Origin: Candidatus Saccharimonadota bacterium
Lineage (GTDB): Bacteria; Patescibacteriota; Saccharimonadia; Saccharimonadales; UBA4665
Length of the DNA: 32,000 nucleotides
Assembly (NCBI GenBank): GCA_963716945.1
Contig: OY970322.1
Coordinates: 180,001-212,000 of the forward strand
Direction of reading: 5' to 3'
Shown: positions 1 to 7,874 of the stretch, one piece after another
How the letters are laid out: each line of letters starts with the position of its first letter
How positions within the stretch are numbered: position 1 is the stretch's first letter
Translations under genes and position numbers: made by a program
The notes under the pieces: model-generated
The model's database searches: none
What the model saw: only the letters and a program-made list of their open reading frames with translations
Told to the model about the DNA's origin: nothing

Positions 1-2
1 CA

Positions 3-416
3 GGCGCCCGGGCCGCGGCCCGGATTATGGCCTGCCAACTGGCGCCTATGGTAAAACCCGAAAACTTAGCGATAATCATGCCAGTACCGACGGCGACCGG
101 CCGGGCGCGCCGCCGCGGCTACGACCAGGCAAAGCTGCTGGCCCGGGAGCTGGCCCGGCAAACCCGCCTGCCTTACCGCGACGGCCTGGCCCGCCTGGGC
201 CAGACGCACCAGCATGGCTTGGACCGGCGCCAGCGCTTAGCGCAATTGACATCGGCTTTTCGCGTGACCAGGCCAGGGACGGTCAAAGGCCGCCGCGTCA
301 TATTGGTGGATGACGTGGTGACTACAGGTTCCACGCTTGAAGCCGCGGCAGCAATTGTGCTGGCGGCCGGGGCTGTCCGGGTTGACGCGGTTGTTTTCGC
401 CCAGCCTCAAGTCTGA
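3..416 (+). CDS. comF: ComF-family protein, C-terminal phosphoribosyltransferase-like domain (gene begins upstream of the window)
   Basis: The frame is open from the window edge to TGA 414-416. The translation has the PRTase-type loop RVILVDDVVTTGSTL and a GYDQAKLLAREL segment typical of ComF/ComFC. The 129 aa after the first Met are too short for a full ComF, so the gene is 5' partial. Confidence 0.75.
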   Translation, partial: GARAAARIMACQLAPMVKPENLAIIMPVPTATGRARRRGYDQAKLLARELARQTRLPYRDGLARLGQTHQHGLDRRQRLAQLTSAFRVTRPGTVKGRRVILVDDVVTTGSTLEAAAAIVLAAGAVRVDAVVFAQPQV

Positions 417-445
417 CTGCCCTAATCGGCCTGACTAATGCTTTA

Positions 446-1918
446 ATGTACTTTGTGGAAGAGGAAACTAGAAAACTAGCCAAAATTGTCGGATCGAAGT
501 TGGTATTCGGTTTCACTTTGCTGGTTTTTGTCTCTGAAACCGGCTACCTGTCGCTAACCAGCCGGTTCCCGATGGCCTTTGACGAGGCTTACCATTTCAG
601 CCTGATAAAATTCTTCAGTCATCGGCTAAACCCGATAGTTACTTCGCAGGCCAGCAGTACTTACGGGCTCGGCGCCATTGTCCAAAACCCGTCATTCCTC
701 TACCACTACCTGCTGAGCTTCGCCTACAGGTTCATAGCTCTCTTCACTAATAGTTTGGAAGTCCAAGCCATCAGCCTTCGTTTCATTAATATCGCTTTTG
801 CGGTGGCTAGTTTAATCGTCATGCGGAAACTCCTAAGATTACTTAACATATCCGACGCCGTGGCCAATCTCGTCGTCCTGGTCTTTGCCCTGACTCCGGT
901 CGTAACGGTCCTATCGGCCCAGATCAATTACGATAACCTACTGATCCTGGCGGTCACCTTGTGCCTGTATGAGACGGTTGCTTTTGTCAAAAAGCTGGAC
1001 CGTAAAATCTTTGACGCATACAGCCTGCTGAAGCTGTTATGCCTGTGCCTGTTCGCAAGCTTGGTAAAGTTCGCCTTCCTGCCGGTTTTCGCGGGTATCA
1101 CGGTGCTGGCAGCTTATAAGCTGGCCTTTTACCGGCCTCCTAAAAACTCCAGTCTCCGGACCGCCGCCCGCAAGAGTTTTGCCGGCATTACCAAGACTCC
1201 GAAGCTATTGTTGCTGGCCGCCACCCTCACGGGCGGCTTCTTATTCGTCAGGCTTTACGGAGTAAACCTGGTTGAATACCGCAACCCCGCGCCGCAATGC
1301 AGCCAGGTGCTTAATATTCAGGCCTGCAAGCACTATTACGCCTGGGACAGAGACTATAACGTCCGGCAGCAGGAGAAAGCCCACCCGGCAACTTACAAGA
1401 TGAACATCTTTGGCTACACGGTCTACTGGCTGGCTATCAACGGCTTCGGTGTGTTCGGCGCGATACTGCCGCTGGCCGGCCCCTATTACTTGTCGCCGAC
1501 CTTTTGTCTAATCATCGCCATCATTTTGACGGTGGCGTTCGTCTGCTCGGCCGCCAATTTCAAGAAACTTAAAAAGGGTCATGAAAATCTGCTGGCCGTG
1601 GCAGCCATCAGCTCCTTATACGTGTTAGCCATATGGGCCAGAAACTACCATGATTACTTGCAGCTGGGCCAGCCGATTGCCGTTGATGGCCGCTACCTGG
1701 TTCCCGTGCTGGTGTATTTCTACGCGTTGCTGGGTTTAGGTGCGCAGTATGCGCTGGCCGGTAAACAAACGCCGAAGCTGATAGCTAAATGTGCCCTGGT
1801 CCTGCTGGTAGTTTTCTCGTTTTTGTATTACGGCGGCTACGCGCAATATATAACGCACATCTACCCCGTCTACGGCCATATCAGCCCATCCGACAATTTC
1901 CTCATCGGCAAAGAATAA
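446..1918 (+). CDS. Polytopic membrane protein, putative GT-C-type (ArnT/PMT_2/DUF2142-like) lipid-carrier-dependent glycosyltransferase
   Basis: 490-aa ORF with many hydrophobic spans. The first predicted external loop carries FDEAYH, resembling the Asp-Glu motif of GT-C glycosyltransferases. The family call rests on motif and topology only. GC is intermediate (about 42-52% in sampled lines). Confidence 0.5.
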   Translation: MYFVEEETRKLAKIVGSKLVFGFTLLVFVSETGYLSLTSRFPMAFDEAYHFSLIKFFSHRLNPIVTSQASSTYGLGAIVQNPSFLYHYLLSFAYRFIALFTNSLEVQAISLRFINIAFAVASLIVMRKLLRLLNISDAVANLVVLVFALTPVVTVLSAQINYDNLLILAVTLCLYETVAFVKKLDRKIFDAYSLLKLLCLCLFASLVKFAFLPVFAGITVLAAYKLAFYRPPKNSSLRTAARKSFAGITKTPKLLLLAATLTGGFLFVRLYGVNLVEYRNPAPQCSQVLNIQACKHYYAWDRDYNVRQQEKAHPATYKMNIFGYTVYWLAINGFGVFGAILPLAGPYYLSPTFCLIIAIILTVAFVCSAANFKKLKKGHENLLAVAAISSLYVLAIWARNYHDYLQLGQPIAVDGRYLVPVLVYFYALLGLGAQYALAGKQTPKLIAKCALVLLVVFSFLYYGGYAQYITHIYPVYGHISPSDNFLIGKE

Positions 1919-1951
1919 AACCGGCTGACGCCCATTGGCTCAGAACCGATA

Positions 1952-3661
1952 CTAAACTTTGCACAATTCCGTGGAAGCCGGAGCGTGCGCCCCGGAAGAA
2001 TAAGCTAAAGTTATTGGCTTGACGCAATTGATTGGCTTTGGGGATATGACGATTTTTACTTTAGCTGCTTTGAGCCTAGCGTAGCTGGAATAAAAAGCTC
2101 CTGCGTAAACAAGGTAAGTTTTATCCGAATGCTCGAGGCTTGAAAGCTGTGAACTGATAGTAGAGAACTCAAAACCCCTCAAGACATAAGCTACTGATAT
2201 GTCGGGAATAATATTTCCGACCATTGTTACTATAAGCACCAATGCCAGCATTTTTTCTATCCTCCATCTGTTTTTTGCGATAAGCAATAGGGCCACTACT
2301 ATCGAGATTGGAAAAAGGCAAAACTGGTCACCGTACCGGGCGTAATTTGGCAAGGGGCTCAGTAAACAGGAAAGAACTATTAAAACCAGTGCCAAGCTAA
2401 GATAATTGAATATCTCCGCTTCGGCTTTAGATTTCTTTCGGATGGCCAAGTATAGATACACGAAAATCGATAAAGTGAGCGTCCCACTAAAGAAGACCCC
2501 ATAGCCGCCGACGAGTTTGGCGGCTACGCTTGCTTCGGCAACTAGTTCATCAACGTTTGACGTGAAGGGAAATTTTACATGGGCATCACTTGAGGCAACT
2601 TGTGAGTTACCGTCATCTGCAGAGGAGAATATGCCATAATAGAGCAGCTGTAATCTTCCGTCGTGGCGCAGGTTTAAAGGTACGCCATCATCTTTTACGG
2701 GATCCGAGAAACTTTTTTGGTTGAACGGGTAGTCGACGGAATGATATCTAGTGATATTTGTTATATAGGGGTTGAATAAGGTTACAAAGCCAACTATAAA
2801 CCCCAAAACTACCATTAGCCTAAAAGATCTCGTCTCGTATAACTTTTTACTAAAAACCACATACAGGAACAAAATCGATAAAGGCAGAAAAATAAACAAG
2901 TTGCTATCTTTAGTGCCCGCTAGTAAAACCAAAGAGGTAAGCAGGCACAGGTAGTATAGAGGCTTCTGACTGTTCTTTAACAATAAGACCAGAGAAGAGA
3001 GGCCGATTATCAGGACCTCGTAGCTTAGGCTGTCTTCCCTAAAGGTAAATATCTGTTCAACATACAAGGTCGTAACAATGGTCAAGAACGCAATAATGGC
3101 CGCTAAATATAGATCTATGCCAAGGGTCCCTAAGGTTTGGTAAAAAAGTGAAAAAGCCAGCAAGCCGACAATTAGGTTAATAGCTGTTGCCGAGTCAATG
3201 TTATGAGTCAATAAATAAATGCTTGAATCAATAGCCCAAATAATTTTCCCATATCCGCTATCGACCGGTTCGTCTATAGGGTTTGTCAGCTTGATGGGTT
3301 GTGATTTTTCGTATATAGGGTTCCATTTATTCGATAACTCAATAACCGCTGACTCGTGATAATCTTGGCCGTCATAACCCGTGTCATATGTATGCCCAAA
3401 AGCCGCGGCTAGCCCCAAAAAAATTAAAGGGGTGATTATGGCTCCGGCAATCAAGCATGACCACGTCTTTTTATCGACTTGTTTGAACCATAAATAAACG
3501 GCGCACATGCTTATGTATGAGACAAAGGCAGTTATAAGGGTCCAATGATTAATGTATATGTGACAAAAGAAGCCGGTAAATATAAAGAAAGCTAAATATA
3601 ATAAAAATACGACAGAGTACGCAGTATAACTCTGAACGAATCTCAATAATACCGCTCTCAT
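1952..3661 (-). CDS. Polytopic membrane protein of unknown function (possibly a GT-C-like glycosyltransferase or polymerase); strongly AT-rich gene
   Basis: Uninterrupted 569-aa ORF with more than 12 hydrophobic spans and an external loop containing YDTGYDGQDYHE. An extended -10 (TGTGATAAT, minus strand, 3670-3678) lies 8 nt upstream of ATG 3661. Composition is far below the neighbours (sampled lines 27-50% G+C). Confidence 0.6.
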   Translation of the reverse strand: MRAVLLRFVQSYTAYSVVFLLYLAFFIFTGFFCHIYINHWTLITAFVSYISMCAVYLWFKQVDKKTWSCLIAGAIITPLIFLGLAAAFGHTYDTGYDGQDYHESAVIELSNKWNPIYEKSQPIKLTNPIDEPVDSGYGKIIWAIDSSIYLLTHNIDSATAINLIVGLLAFSLFYQTLGTLGIDLYLAAIIAFLTIVTTLYVEQIFTFREDSLSYEVLIIGLSSLVLLLKNSQKPLYYLCLLTSLVLLAGTKDSNLFIFLPLSILFLYVVFSKKLYETRSFRLMVVLGFIVGFVTLFNPYITNITRYHSVDYPFNQKSFSDPVKDDGVPLNLRHDGRLQLLYYGIFSSADDGNSQVASSDAHVKFPFTSNVDELVAEASVAAKLVGGYGVFFSGTLTLSIFVYLYLAIRKKSKAEAEIFNYLSLALVLIVLSCLLSPLPNYARYGDQFCLFPISIVVALLLIAKNRWRIEKMLALVLIVTMVGNIIPDISVAYVLRGFEFSTISSQLSSLEHSDKTYLVYAGAFYSSYARLKAAKVKIVISPKPINCVKPITLAYSSGAHAPASTELCKV

Positions 3662-3703
3662 TCGGCAATATTATCACAAATCCAACGGGGCAACTTACAT
3701 GCT

Positions 3704-3796
3704 TGGCGGAGAGAGAGGGATTCGAACCCTCGCGGGGGATTGCTCCCCCCTATCGATTTAGCAAACCGACCCCTTCAGCCTCTTGGGTACCTCTCC
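3704..3796 (-). tRNA. tRNA-Ser (anticodon GCU), class II with long variable arm, CCA encoded
   Basis: Hand-folded cloverleaf. Acceptor is GGAGAGG/TCTCTCC with one G-U pair. D stem is 3 bp. Anticodon stem is TCGGT/ATCGA with loop TTGCTAA. Variable-arm stem is GGGGG/CCCCC. T arm is GAGGG-TTCGAAT-CCCTC. Discriminator is G followed by CCA. Confidence 0.9.
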
Positions 3797-3828
3797 AGAC
3801 CGACGTATTATAGCTGATTTATCTGAAC

Positions 3829-3918
3829 TGGCGGAAGGGGTGGGATTCGAACCCACGGTACCATTGCTGGCACGCTGGTTTTCAAGACCAGTTCCTTAAA
3901 CCGCTCGGACACCCTTCC
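3829..3918 (-). tRNA. tRNA-Ser (anticodon UGA), class II, CCA encoded
   Basis: Hand-folded cloverleaf. Acceptor is GGAAGGG/CCCTTCC. Anticodon stem is CTGGT/ACCAG with loop CTTGAAA. There is a long variable arm. T arm is GTGGG-TTCGAAT-CCCAC, followed by G-CCA. Confidence 0.9.
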
Positions 3919-4071
3919 TTAACGGCGCGCCAAACAAAACGAGGCGGTTTCATTTGAAAGCCCGGTAACAGAGGTGATTATAGCAGCGGGCAAAGATTTA
4001 TCAAAACCGGCCGGCCCCGGCTCCAGGGGTCGGCTTGGTCCTGCCGTCGGCACTGCGGTACAATAACGCTT

Positions 4072-4806
4072 ATGGCAGAAACTGACAACATACCGGGTTC
4101 GGCCGCCGCCAACAACGGCCCGGTACCCCAGCCGGGAACGGTGGTCGCGCCGGGTTCGTCCGGACCCGTCCAAGCCGTCCCGCTGCCAACTGCCGCGGCG
4201 GCCCAGCCGCCGCCAACCGCCGTAATACCGCCTGCCGGCCCAGCCCCGGCTCTGCCCCCTGCCGCGCCGCCGGCACCGCAACCGCCACCGGCAGCCGAAG
4301 AGCCGTTACCCAAACTGGACCTGGGTCCCCTGCCGAACGAAAACGACAATGACACGGTTACCTGGACGGCTTCGGAGTTTGTAGCCCGGGAAAAATCTTC
4401 TAAGTGGTATCTCAAACTCGCCATCGCCACGGTTCTAGTGGCAATCCTGACTTTTGTTATCGCCCGTGACCTGGTGTCGGTCAGCGTAATCATAATCGCC
4501 GGCATCCTGCTGGGTATCTACGGGACCCACCAGCCGCGGCAACGCGAGTACCAGCTGGACCAGCTGGGCATCGGCATCGCCGGCAACTACCATAGTTATG
4601 ATGAATTCAGGTCTTTCACGGTGGCGCCGGAAGAGGCTTTCGCAGGCATTGTTTTGATGCCGCTGAAGCGGTTCGCCGTGCCCCTGACTATTTATTACGC
4701 CCCCGAGGACGAAGAAAAGATTCTAACTATCCTGTCAGACCACCTGCCCTTTGAAGAATACCGCGGCGACGCTGTCGAAGACTTGATGCGCCACATCCGC
4801 TTTTAG
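4072..4806 (+). CDS. Hypothetical membrane protein with Pro/Ala-rich N-terminus, two TM helices and a C-terminal PH-like (YdbS/YdbT-type) region (tentative)
   Basis: 244-aa ORF. The N-terminal ~85 aa are low-complexity P/A-rich. Two hydrophobic spans follow (LAIATVLVAILTFVIA, VSVIIIAGILLGIY), then a globular tail. TACAAT (4059-4064) lies 7 nt before the ATG. The overlapping minus-strand ORFs are Arg/Gly-rich GC artefacts. Confidence 0.7.
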   Translation: MAETDNIPGSAAANNGPVPQPGTVVAPGSSGPVQAVPLPTAAAAQPPPTAVIPPAGPAPALPPAAPPAPQPPPAAEEPLPKLDLGPLPNENDNDTVTWTASEFVAREKSSKWYLKLAIATVLVAILTFVIARDLVSVSVIIIAGILLGIYGTHQPRQREYQLDQLGIGIAGNYHSYDEFRSFTVAPEEAFAGIVLMPLKRFAVPLTIYYAPEDEEKILTILSDHLPFEEYRGDAVEDLMRHIRF

Positions 4807-4826
4807 GCCCGGCGGGGCCATTTATT
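4806..4826 (+). terminator. Possible weak intrinsic terminator after the 4072-4806 gene
   Basis: GGCCC-GGCG-GGGCC hairpin (4806-4819) followed by ATTTATT. The stem is short and the T-tract is interrupted. Confidence 0.3.
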
Positions 4827-4852
4827 GGGGGCGGCGGCCGGGGCCGGCCGGC

Positions 4853-4981
4853 TTATTGCTTGCCGAGCTTTTCTTTGCGGCTTAGCTTACGTTCCATGCG
4901 GTGGATGAAATCATGCTTAGCATGTTTGCTATCCCACTTATCGAATTGTTCCATTAAGGCTTCGGCTTCTTCGCTGGACAT
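4853..4981 (-). CDS. Small hypothetical protein (42 aa, charged/helical), absent from the ORF track
   Basis: Minus-strand ATG at 4981-4979 is preceded by AAGGAG (4994-4989) at 7-nt spacing. Translation is MSSEEAEALMEQFDKWDSKHAKHDFIHRMERKLSRKEKLGKQ, with TAA stop at 4855-4853. Confidence 0.5.
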   Translation of the reverse strand: MSSEEAEALMEQFDKWDSKHAKHDFIHRMERKLSRKEKLGKQ

Positions 4982-5121
4982 GGCTAGACTCCTTTATATT
5001 TATATTGTGCTAGCAATTATCGGGCTTATGGCTTAAATAATGCTGTAAACTTTTTCACTGCGGCGTGGCCAAAGACGCCGAGGTGTGCTGTAATAAGGCG
5101 ATAAGCAGCAAGATCCGCAAA

Positions 5122-6000
5122 ATGAAAATTCTCAATACCGCCCTTAACAAACTGGACAAGTGGCAGCAGCGGCAGGGCTGGTCGGCCCTTACTTATGCGG
5201 TTATCAAAAAATACGGCGAAGACGAATCCGGCCGGCAGGCGGCGCTGCTGACTTATTACGGCTTCCTGTCCTTGTTCCCGGTGCTGTTGGTACTGACAAC
5301 CGTGACCAGTGTCTTGGCCGGCAAACATCCCGGTTTGCACAACGATGTCATCCGCAGCACGACTACCTACTTCCCGGTGCTTGGCAACCAGCTGGCGGAC
5401 CACATAAACACCTTGCACAGAAACGGCTGGGCGTTGGTCATAGGGCTTATCTTCACGTTCTACGGTACCCGCGGCGTAGCTGACGCTTTTCGCCGCGGCG
5501 TGCAGCACATATGGCAAGTGCCCAAAAGCCAGCGGCTAACTTTCCCGCGGACCATCCCCAATAGCCTGGCCATAGTCCTGGTCGGGGGTACCGGCTTCGT
5601 CATCGCCTCGATCAGTACCGGTTTGGCGGCGGCCGCCGGCCATGGCCCGGCCTTCCGGCTGCTTTCGGTAGCCGTCAATCTGTTCGTGCTTTTTTGGCTG
5701 TTTACTTTTCTGCTCAACGCCTGTTTGCCCCGGCATGTGCCCATCAAGGACACCAGGTCGGGCGCGCTGGCCGCGGCCATCGGTTTAATAATCCTGCAGG
5801 CGCTCGGGGGCTACTTGCTTAGGACCGAGCTTAAGAGGCTTGACGCCCTGTATAGCTACTTCGCTATCGCCTTGGGTCTGCTGTTCTGGATCTACCTTCA
5901 AGCCCGGCTGTTATATTACGCCGTGACCTTGGCCGCGGTCAGGTCCCAGCACCTCTGGCCGCGTAGTTTGCATGATAAAAAATATAGCTCGCCGGAATAA
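5122..6000 (+). CDS. yihY: YihY/BrkB (virulence factor BrkB / former RNase BN) family inner-membrane protein
   Basis: AALLTYYGFLSLFPVLLVL follows a ~40-aa N-terminal segment, then five or more further TM spans, as is typical of the YihY family. ATG 5122 is preferred over the track's GTG 5065 because of the family's usual N-terminal length. The start remains uncertain. Confidence 0.8.
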   Translation: MKILNTALNKLDKWQQRQGWSALTYAVIKKYGEDESGRQAALLTYYGFLSLFPVLLVLTTVTSVLAGKHPGLHNDVIRSTTTYFPVLGNQLADHINTLHRNGWALVIGLIFTFYGTRGVADAFRRGVQHIWQVPKSQRLTFPRTIPNSLAIVLVGGTGFVIASISTGLAAAAGHGPAFRLLSVAVNLFVLFWLFTFLLNACLPRHVPIKDTRSGALAAAIGLIILQALGGYLLRTELKRLDALYSYFAIALGLLFWIYLQARLLYYAVTLAAVRSQHLWPRSLHDKKYSSPE

Positions 6001-6017
6001 AACAAATCCGGGACCTC

Positions 6018-6092
6018 TTAACTTAAATAATTGCGCCACCATACGCGGGGCTTGCCTGAAGCTCTGGTGCGAACCGTTTGGGTACTGCTCAT
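6018..6092 (-). CDS. Candidate small basic ORF (24 aa) with a strong Shine-Dalgarno
   Basis: Minus strand reads GGGAGG (6106-6101), an 8-nt spacer, then ATG 6092-6090. Translation is MSSTQTVRTRASGKPRVWWRNYLS, with TAA stop at 6020-6018. I recognise no homology, so it could be a chance ORF. Confidence 0.25.
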   Translation of the reverse strand: MSSTQTVRTRASGKPRVWWRNYLS

Positions 6093-6278
6093 AGTGCCGA
6101 CCTCCCTTTGACCTTACGGTTTTAGAATAAATCAGCCGCTCCAACAGTGCTGTTAATATTCCTACAGTCAAGCTGTCTGGGGGTGTCCGTGCCTTTCCGT
6201 TAACGTATACTTAAACGGTGGCCGCTCAGCAAAGTCTCAGCTTGGCCAGCAATACTATGTCTCAATCAAGGTATATCA

Positions 6279-7202
6279 ATGAATAGACGGCGCCAGGACT
6301 TCAACCGGAGTTATTCATACTCCTACCCCGTCGCGAGACCCAAACCCCGTAGGCGGTTCAAGCGGGGCTTAACCCTGACGTCCCTTTTCGTGATCACCTT
6401 CCTGGTGATTTTGGCTGCCAAATCCCTGCTGCCATCGATGCAGTCTAAGGCTCATGGCCAAAGCCTGTCCGCCCTGAACTTGACCAAAAAATCAGCTCCC
6501 ATCAACCAGGCCCTGATGGCCTCCCAAATCAACCAGGTCATCAACAACTCGAACCTGGAAGTCGGCGTTTCGATCATCGACCTGACCAACAGCCAGCGTT
6601 ACGACTACGGCTTGGGCGATACGGAATATATCGCCGCCAGTACCACCAAGCTGCTTAGTGCCAGTCTCTTCCTGCATGATGTGGAACAAGGCCAGGACAG
6701 TCTAAGCCAGCCGCTGGGCGACTCGACCGCTCAAGCCGAAATGCAAAAGATGATCGTTATCAGCGACGATGACGCCTGGGAAGACTTCAACAATCTGCTC
6801 GGCCACCCCGCCCTGCTCCAATACGCCAGGAGCCTAGGCATGAACAGCTACGACCCTGATAACAACACGATTACCTCGGACGATCTGGCGCTGCTGCTGG
6901 AACGGCTGTACCAGGGCAAGCTCCTGAACACCCAGCACACCAACCTGCTGCTGGGCTACATGGCCAAAGCCGACTACACCCAGTATATCGGCGCCGTCAT
7001 ACCGTCAGGCGTCAAGTTTTACCATAAGATCGGCTTTCTCGACGACAGGGTAATGGATGCCGCCATCATCGATAACGGCCGCCATCCCTATGTCTTGGTC
7101 ATCTTCACCAAAGACCCGTCCGGCGACAGTTATAACCAAACCGAAGGCGCCGAGGTCTTCCACGATATCACTACCGCCACCCTGACTGCTTTCACGCACT
7201 GA
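6279..7202 (+). CDS. Membrane-anchored serine hydrolase of the class A beta-lactamase / PBP-like fold
   Basis: Basic N-terminus plus one TM (LTSLFVITFLVILAA). Motifs are SxxK (AASTTKLL), an SDN-like ISDDD and a KTG-like HKIG in the expected order. Confidence 0.7.
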   Translation: MNRRRQDFNRSYSYSYPVARPKPRRRFKRGLTLTSLFVITFLVILAAKSLLPSMQSKAHGQSLSALNLTKKSAPINQALMASQINQVINNSNLEVGVSIIDLTNSQRYDYGLGDTEYIAASTTKLLSASLFLHDVEQGQDSLSQPLGDSTAQAEMQKMIVISDDDAWEDFNNLLGHPALLQYARSLGMNSYDPDNNTITSDDLALLLERLYQGKLLNTQHTNLLLGYMAKADYTQYIGAVIPSGVKFYHKIGFLDDRVMDAAIIDNGRHPYVLVIFTKDPSGDSYNQTEGAEVFHDITTATLTAFTH

Positions 7203-7211
7203 TCCCGGTTT

Positions 7212-7835
7212 TCAGATGACGGTTTTCCAGTAGTACCAGAAGCGGGTCAACAGCAGGCCAAAAATAAACAGGTACCACACCAGAAGGACATCGCCATGGT
7301 GAAGCCGCAACCAGGTCTTTACTTTCGGGGGAAGCAACCCCAGCTTTAGGTTCCCTTCGCCTACGTTATACAAGGTCGTATACCAGAGCACGGGCGGGAC
7401 TATCATCCACACCGCGAAACAAATCGGGCAAATGGCGTGTATGCGGTAAACCCCTTCAAAAAAGAGGTAAACGAAAAAGCAAAAACCCGCTAACGCAACA
7501 TAATTGATGCTTAGCCAGAGCCACTTTTTGAATGCCGCCCCGGCGAGCAGGGCCAGTCCGAGCGTGGCCAGGGCGCTGAAGCCCATTAGCCCGAATATCG
7601 TATTAGGCACACCCAGCAAGCTGGCCTGCTGAGTTTTCATGACCGAGCCGCAGCTTAATATGGGGTTGATATTGCAAGAGGGGTGGTAGGCCGGGTTCTT
7701 GAGGACCTGGATCTTGTCATAGGTCAGGGCAAAAGAGGCCGCGCAACCGATGATGCCTGCTATCAGGAATATATACGGTAGCGTTTGCTTAAGGGTAACT
7801 CCCCTTTTCAAGGGCTTAGGCGTGGATTTTGGCAC
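7212..7835 (-). CDS. Vitamin K epoxide reductase (VKOR) family disulfide-bond-forming membrane protein
   Basis: Loop cysteine pair (SCNINPILSC), a CxxC in a TM helix (CPIC), a VKOR-like GVPNTIFG segment and 4-5 TM spans. GTG start at 7835. Confidence 0.8.
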   Translation of the reverse strand: MPKSTPKPLKRGVTLKQTLPYIFLIAGIIGCAASFALTYDKIQVLKNPAYHPSCNINPILSCGSVMKTQQASLLGVPNTIFGLMGFSALATLGLALLAGAAFKKWLWLSINYVALAGFCFFVYLFFEGVYRIHAICPICFAVWMIVPPVLWYTTLYNVGEGNLKLGLLPPKVKTWLRLHHGDVLLVWYLFIFGLLLTRFWYYWKTVI

Positions 7836-7874
7836 TTCTCTATTCTCTCATAATAATTAAATGCCAGGTCCGGT

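Noticed and set aside
416-1951. A direct repeat of the tRNA-Ser(GCU) 3' end (att-like site) that would delimit the AT-rich island.
   Set aside because: I compared TGGCGGAGAGAGAGGGATTCGAACC with the 416-446 and 1919-1951 spacers. Only a trivial GAACC match was seen, so island boundaries cannot be defined from the sequence.
5065-5121. GTG 5065 as the yihY start, and TTG 22739 as the groEL start, as given in the ORF track.
   Set aside because: The downstream ATGs (5122 and 22748) give N-termini that match the usual family starts: MAKK... for GroEL, and about 40 aa before the AALLTYY helix for YihY. For groEL the ATG also has better SD spacing. The longer forms are not excluded for yihY.
5911-6171. 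The 86-aa minus-strand ORF overlapping the yihY 3' end.
   Set aside because: It overlaps yihY by 90 nt. It has no start-site signals and a composition typical of an off-frame read-through. The shorter SD-led sORF inside the gap is a better candidate.
6001-6278. An SRP (4.5S) RNA, RNase P RNA, 6S RNA or tmRNA in the 278-nt gap.
   Set aside because: Only fragmentary resemblances were seen, such as GGAAAGG, AGCAG and GTGCTGTT. There is no GGAA-capped helix 8 with flanking conserved loops, no GAGGAAAGUCC box, and no tRNA-like 3' end. The region is too short for RNase P or tmRNA.
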